DNA of 64,000 bases from an uncultured Ectothiorhodospiraceae bacterium (GTDB lineage Bacteria > Pseudomonadota > Gammaproteobacteria > UBA9214): positions 72,973 to 136,972 of the forward strand of contig CAMYIX010000043.1 of assembly GCA_947258615.1 (NCBI GenBank). The letters run 5' to 3'. The stretch's first letter is position 1. The number at the start of each line of letters is the position of its first letter. The notes below the pieces were generated by a model, which did no database searches, was not told where the DNA came from, and saw only the letters and a list, made by a program, of their open reading frames with translations. Positions 60,098 through 64,000 of this stretch are shown piece by piece. Position numbers and translations under genes: made by a program.

Positions 60098-61186
60098 ATG
60101 ATACGTGTGCTGATTGCAGATGATTCCGATACTGTCGCCCTGATACTCCGGTCGATACTGGAGTGCGAGCCCGATATCGAGGTCATCGGGCATGCCGGCA
60201 ATGGTGAAGAGGCGGTGCGGCTCACCCGGAAGCTCAAACCCGATCTGGTTACGATGGACATCCGTATGCCGGTCATGGACGGCCTCGAGGCAACCCGCCG
60301 CATCATGGAGATGCAGCCGACCCCGATCGTCGTGGTGTCCGGCAATGTCAATGACGAGGAGGCGAAGATCAGCTTTCGCGCGCTGGAGGAAGGGGCGCTG
60401 GCGGTACTTGAGAAACCCACAGGCCTGGGCATGCAGGATCCCCCGGGCACCTGCTGGGAGCTGGTCGATACGGTGCGCGCCATGGCCAGCCTGCGGGTGC
60501 TGCGCCGGGTCAATCGCCAGATTCACCGGGTAGCGCGGCCGGTCCCGCCAACGCAGATCAATGCAGCCCCTAAATCCCTGGAGTTGGTTGCCATCGGCTG
60601 TTCCACTGGTGGCCCGCAGGCACTTGAGACGATCCTGCCGGGGCTGCCGGCCGACTTCCCGGTTCCGGTGGTGATTGTCCAGCATATCTCGACCGGTTAC
60701 ATGAAAGGCCTGATCGAGTGGCTCCAGCAGCCGGCGCAGCTCGAACTCAGGCTGGCCTCTGACGGTGAGGCACTGCATCCCGGTGCGGTCTATTTTGCAC
60801 CGGACGAGCGGCATTTGAGAGTTGAACGACGCGGCTCGCAGCTGGTCTCTGCCCTCGTCGAGGGTGCGCCGGTCAACCGCTTCCGGCCTTCCAGTACCCC
60901 CTTGCTGGAGTCGATCGCGGCCAGCTGTCCGGGCAGCGCCCTGGGCGTGTTGCTGACCGGCATGGGTGTTGACGGGGCCGAAGGCCTGCTGTGTATGCGC
61001 AAGGCAGGCTGCCACACCATCGTTCAGGACAGGGAAAGTTCCGTGGTTTATGGCATGCCGGAAACGGCACTGGGCCTGGACGCCGTTGACCGCATCGTGC
61101 GTCTTGAAAACATGGCGGCCTACCTGACTGAAGTGGCAGCACGGCAAGCCGGTGCCATAGATGACCTCGGCAACCAATCGGCCTGA
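60098..61186 (+). CDS. cheB: protein-glutamate methylesterase CheB (REC + methylesterase)
   Basis: REC (VLIADDSD...DLVTMDIRMPVMDG) and the methylesterase catalytic region (AIGCSTGGPQAL...GMGVDGAEGL). Confidence 0.85.
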   Translation: MIRVLIADDSDTVALILRSILECEPDIEVIGHAGNGEEAVRLTRKLKPDLVTMDIRMPVMDGLEATRRIMEMQPTPIVVVSGNVNDEEAKISFRALEEGALAVLEKPTGLGMQDPPGTCWELVDTVRAMASLRVLRRVNRQIHRVARPVPPTQINAAPKSLELVAIGCSTGGPQALETILPGLPADFPVPVVIVQHISTGYMKGLIEWLQQPAQLELRLASDGEALHPGAVYFAPDERHLRVERRGSQLVSALVEGAPVNRFRPSSTPLLESIAASCPGSALGVLLTGMGVDGAEGLLCMRKAGCHTIVQDRESSVVYGMPETALGLDAVDRIVRLENMAAYLTEVAARQAGAIDDLGNQSA

Positions 61187-61247
61187 CACTGGATATTTTT
61201 AAAGCAAGCAGCGCCGGGAACAATGGCCCGGCAGCAGGAGAAATCAG

Positions 61248-62549
61248 ATGAAAGCACTGGTAATCGAAGACGGCAAGATCCATCGGCAGATGATCGGTCT
61301 GGTGCTGGAGGCCCTCGATGTCGAGGTGCATCTGGCACAGACGGCCGAGGAGGGTCTGGCGGCCCTGGCCAACGAGACATTCGACCTGATCTCTCTCGAT
61401 CTGCACCTGCCGGATATGGACGGACTGGAATTCTGCCGTCGCCTGCGTGCTGACGAGGCGACACATCTGTTGCCGATCGTGCTGCTGACCTCGGAGGATG
61501 CCGATGCGACCCTGAAGATGGCCTACGGGGCCGGTGTCACCGAGGTGATGCGCAAGACCAGTATCGAAGAATTACAGCAGTCTTTCAGCTTCCTGGTGAA
61601 TCGGCTGCGCAGGGTCTATAGCGGCCGGGTGCTGTACGTGGAGGACAGTCCGACCACGGCGCAGTTGACTATCAGCATCCTCAAGGATATGGGCCTGGTA
61701 GTGGACCATTACCTGAGTGGTGAGGATGCCCTGGAGTCGTTCTGGCGGTGTGATTATGACGTGGTGATTACCGATGTCGTGCTGGAAGGCGAGATGAGCG
61801 GATTGAATGTGGTGCGCGGCATACGTTCTGCCGGTAGCGACAGGCGGGAAATCCCGGTGCTGGCCGTCTCGGGTAACGAGGACATGTCGCGCCGTGTCGA
61901 GATCCTGCGTTCGGGTGCCAACGACTATATCGAGAAGCCCATTGTCGAGGACGAGTTCAAGGCCCGACTGGGTAACCTCATCATCAACAAGCAACTGTTT
62001 GATCAAGTCAGGTCCCAGCAGGACGAGTTGCGTACCCTGGCCGTCACCGACCAGTTGACCGGTCTCTATAACAGGACCTACCTGGCGGAGACTGCCCAGA
62101 AATATGTCAGCAGCGCCATCCGTCACCATGAATCACTGAGCCTGCTGATGCTGGACCTGGACGAGTTCAAGGACATCAATGATACCCAGGGCCACGCGGC
62201 AGGTGACAAGGTACTTGCGGCAATCGGCGACATGCTGAAATCGCGTTGCCGGGATGAGGACGTAGTGGCCCGCTTCGGCGGCGAGGAGTTCATTGTATTG
62301 TTGCCGCGCTGTGACCTGGAGAATGCGATTTACAAGGCCGAGCATCTCTGCCGGTTTATCCGTGAATTGCAGCCTGCGGGACTGACGATCAGTGCCAGCC
62401 TGGGAGTGTCCAGTATCCACGAGGGTGGGCGCCATATCGACTTCGAAAAACTGCTCAAGGAGGCCGACACGGCCCTCTACGCGGCCAAGCGCAATGGCCG
62501 TGACCGCGTGGAAGTCTTCAGCGAGGATCGCCTGGAGGCCAGCGCCTGA
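61248..62549 (+). CDS. PleD-like response regulator diguanylate cyclase (REC-REC-GGDEF)
   Basis: Two receiver domains (each with an acidic pocket and phospho-Asp position) followed by GGDEF with active-site GGEEF and an RxxD-like I-site region. Confidence 0.8.
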   Translation: MKALVIEDGKIHRQMIGLVLEALDVEVHLAQTAEEGLAALANETFDLISLDLHLPDMDGLEFCRRLRADEATHLLPIVLLTSEDADATLKMAYGAGVTEVMRKTSIEELQQSFSFLVNRLRRVYSGRVLYVEDSPTTAQLTISILKDMGLVVDHYLSGEDALESFWRCDYDVVITDVVLEGEMSGLNVVRGIRSAGSDRREIPVLAVSGNEDMSRRVEILRSGANDYIEKPIVEDEFKARLGNLIINKQLFDQVRSQQDELRTLAVTDQLTGLYNRTYLAETAQKYVSSAIRHHESLSLLMLDLDEFKDINDTQGHAAGDKVLAAIGDMLKSRCRDEDVVARFGGEEFIVLLPRCDLENAIYKAEHLCRFIRELQPAGLTISASLGVSSIHEGGRHIDFEKLLKEADTALYAAKRNGRDRVEVFSEDRLEASA

Positions 62550-62638
62550 CAGGGGGCTACCGGCAGCCGGCAGCAAGGGGCGCGGACACGGAAATCGGTT
62601 ATTATCGATTGCCGGACACCAGTCGTAGCAGCTAGTCC

Positions 62639-62977
62639 ATGCCACATGACCCCTCACCGCCGCGTTGCCCCTTGCCGTCGCAACCCGACGACACAACCCT
62701 GACCGTCATCAATCTCAACCCGCCACAAAGCATCGGCGATTACCGCGAGGCCATGACCCTGGCCGACGGCGTCGCGCAAAGGCACCTGGGTGATGCCATG
62801 CTGCTGGCCTGGTACGACCGGGACCGGGATTTCGAATCACCACAGCATGCCAGTGAATGTCACCTGGACAGTGCCGTGCCGGGGTATGTGGATTACGGTC
62901 TGAGTCACGGCGCCACCCTCAAGGTGATCTTCGAGCAGGGACGTTTCGTGTTCTTCTACAGGCCGGTTGAGCTGTAG
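62639..62977 (+). CDS. hypothetical protein
   Basis: 112-aa ORF in an otherwise empty interval; no recognisable motif. Confidence 0.3.
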   Translation: MPHDPSPPRCPLPSQPDDTTLTVINLNPPQSIGDYREAMTLADGVAQRHLGDAMLLAWYDRDRDFESPQHASECHLDSAVPGYVDYGLSHGATLKVIFEQGRFVFFYRPVEL

Positions 62978-63014
62978 CGGATGTACCGGCATCCCATGCC
63001 GGCCCTGCAGGCCG

Positions 63015-63722
63015 TCAGGCGATGTTGAGGTGTTTCTCGCTATCGAGGGGATCAGCGTCCGACTGCAGCGGTTCCGCTTCCAGCCAGTCGATCAGGTCCT
63101 GCCAGTGCTCCCGGTCCACGCGCGTAAGGTTGGCCTTCATGTCATGGATGCCCATGCCCTCGGCTGCCGCCTGCACGTAGTTCTGCGTATCACGCAGGCA
63201 GGCCACCGGCGACATGTCCCTGTCTGAGAGGAACGTCATCAAGGTCTGAAACGCACGCGTCTTTCGCCGTACCCGGTTGGCCACGACGGCAATTGAGGCC
63301 CCGGGGGCATGCACGCGCACCTCCTTGCCGAGATCCTGGAGGAAGTCCGAAGTCACGCAGGAATCGATGCTTGACGGCAGGATGGGTACGATGATGGCCC
63401 AGGTGTCGCGCAGGATCTCGATCAGCTCCATGCGTTTCAGGGAAGCCGGCGTGTCCAGGATGAGGCGCTGCGTTCCGGGCGGCACGCGCAGCTGGAACGA
63501 GCGCGTGATATTTTCATCCGGCGGGTGTGCGGCCGCGACGCCGTAGATCCCTGCGAGGTTCTCGGGTCGCTGCGCAAGCCAGCGGGTGGAGGAATCCTGC
63601 GGATCGTAATCGAACAGGGCGGTCGGATAACCGTGTGAGGCGTAGTAGCTGGCCAGGTTGGTGGACAGGGTCGTCTTGCCGCAGCCCCCCTTGCTGTTGA
63701 TGACAACGATCTTTCGGATCAT
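63015..63722 (-). CDS. ParA/MinD-family P-loop ATPase (orphan)
   Basis: Deviant Walker A VINSKGGCGKTTLSTNLA at the N-terminus when started at MIRKIVVINSKGG; the longer upstream extension is rejected. Confidence 0.7.
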   Translation of the reverse strand: MIRKIVVINSKGGCGKTTLSTNLASYYASHGYPTALFDYDPQDSSTRWLAQRPENLAGIYGVAAAHPPDENITRSFQLRVPPGTQRLILDTPASLKRMELIEILRDTWAIIVPILPSSIDSCVTSDFLQDLGKEVRVHAPGASIAVVANRVRRKTRAFQTLMTFLSDRDMSPVACLRDTQNYVQAAAEGMGIHDMKANLTRVDREHWQDLIDWLEAEPLQSDADPLDSEKHLNIA

Positions 63723-64000
63723 CTGGATTCCTGATGTACTTAAACCCGTTTCTAGGGCGTGAGAATGGGGGGAGTTTACTACGGGTGGCGATATTTTTCT
63801 GCTGCCTTTATCCCGTTCCATGAAATAACTCGGCAGCGGTCGGTTCCATTGGCCGATTGTCGGCATGTAGCACAGCTGGCGTATGATAGCTTATCGACTC
63901 GCGTCAGTCGGCCGGCCAGCCGGTGTAACCCTCAGGTATGCCTGGCGTGCTCGTATCATGTTGTTAATCAAGATTATTGGCCTGGAGCAGGAAATGACAA

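Overview
This window is a high-GC gammaproteobacterial chromosomal segment with strongly conserved housekeeping synteny: degP/mucD, (lepA), lepB, rnc, era, recO, pdxJ, acpS; cysM; a ydbH/ynbE-ydbL AsmA-like module; rlmD; proS; ilvIH-ilvC-psd-pssA-(leuA); rimI-prfC; (valS)-holC-pepA; lptFG; tRNA-Glu; pcnB-folK-dNK-panBCD. Four things sit on this backbone. (1) A ~7.7 kb AT-rich island (about 31.06-38.72 kb) encodes a complete DSF-type signalling module. It has an RpfF-like crotonase, an RpfC-like hybrid sensor kinase and an RpfG-like REC/HD-GYP regulator. Between rpfC and rpfG lie a dedicated acyl carrier protein, a KAS II ketosynthase and a cyclopropane-fatty-acid-synthase-like SAM methyltransferase, which points to a tailored DSF-family signal not previously described. 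(2) At 53.4-62.5 kb there is a Wsp-like chemosensory operon whose receptor is a soluble globin-coupled (HemAT-like) MCP. Its output is a PleD-like REC-REC-GGDEF diguanylate cyclase. (3) A family of ~130-bp imperfect palindromic intergenic repeats flanks a PolB-like exonuclease gene and rlmD; one copy is nested inside another. (4) Three conserved genes (lepA, leuA, valS) carry short out-of-frame internal deletions and are called here as pseudogenes or assembly errors. No CRISPR array, integrase, transposase or rRNA was seen. All coordinates and calls come from reading the sequence and ORF translations; no database searches were run.
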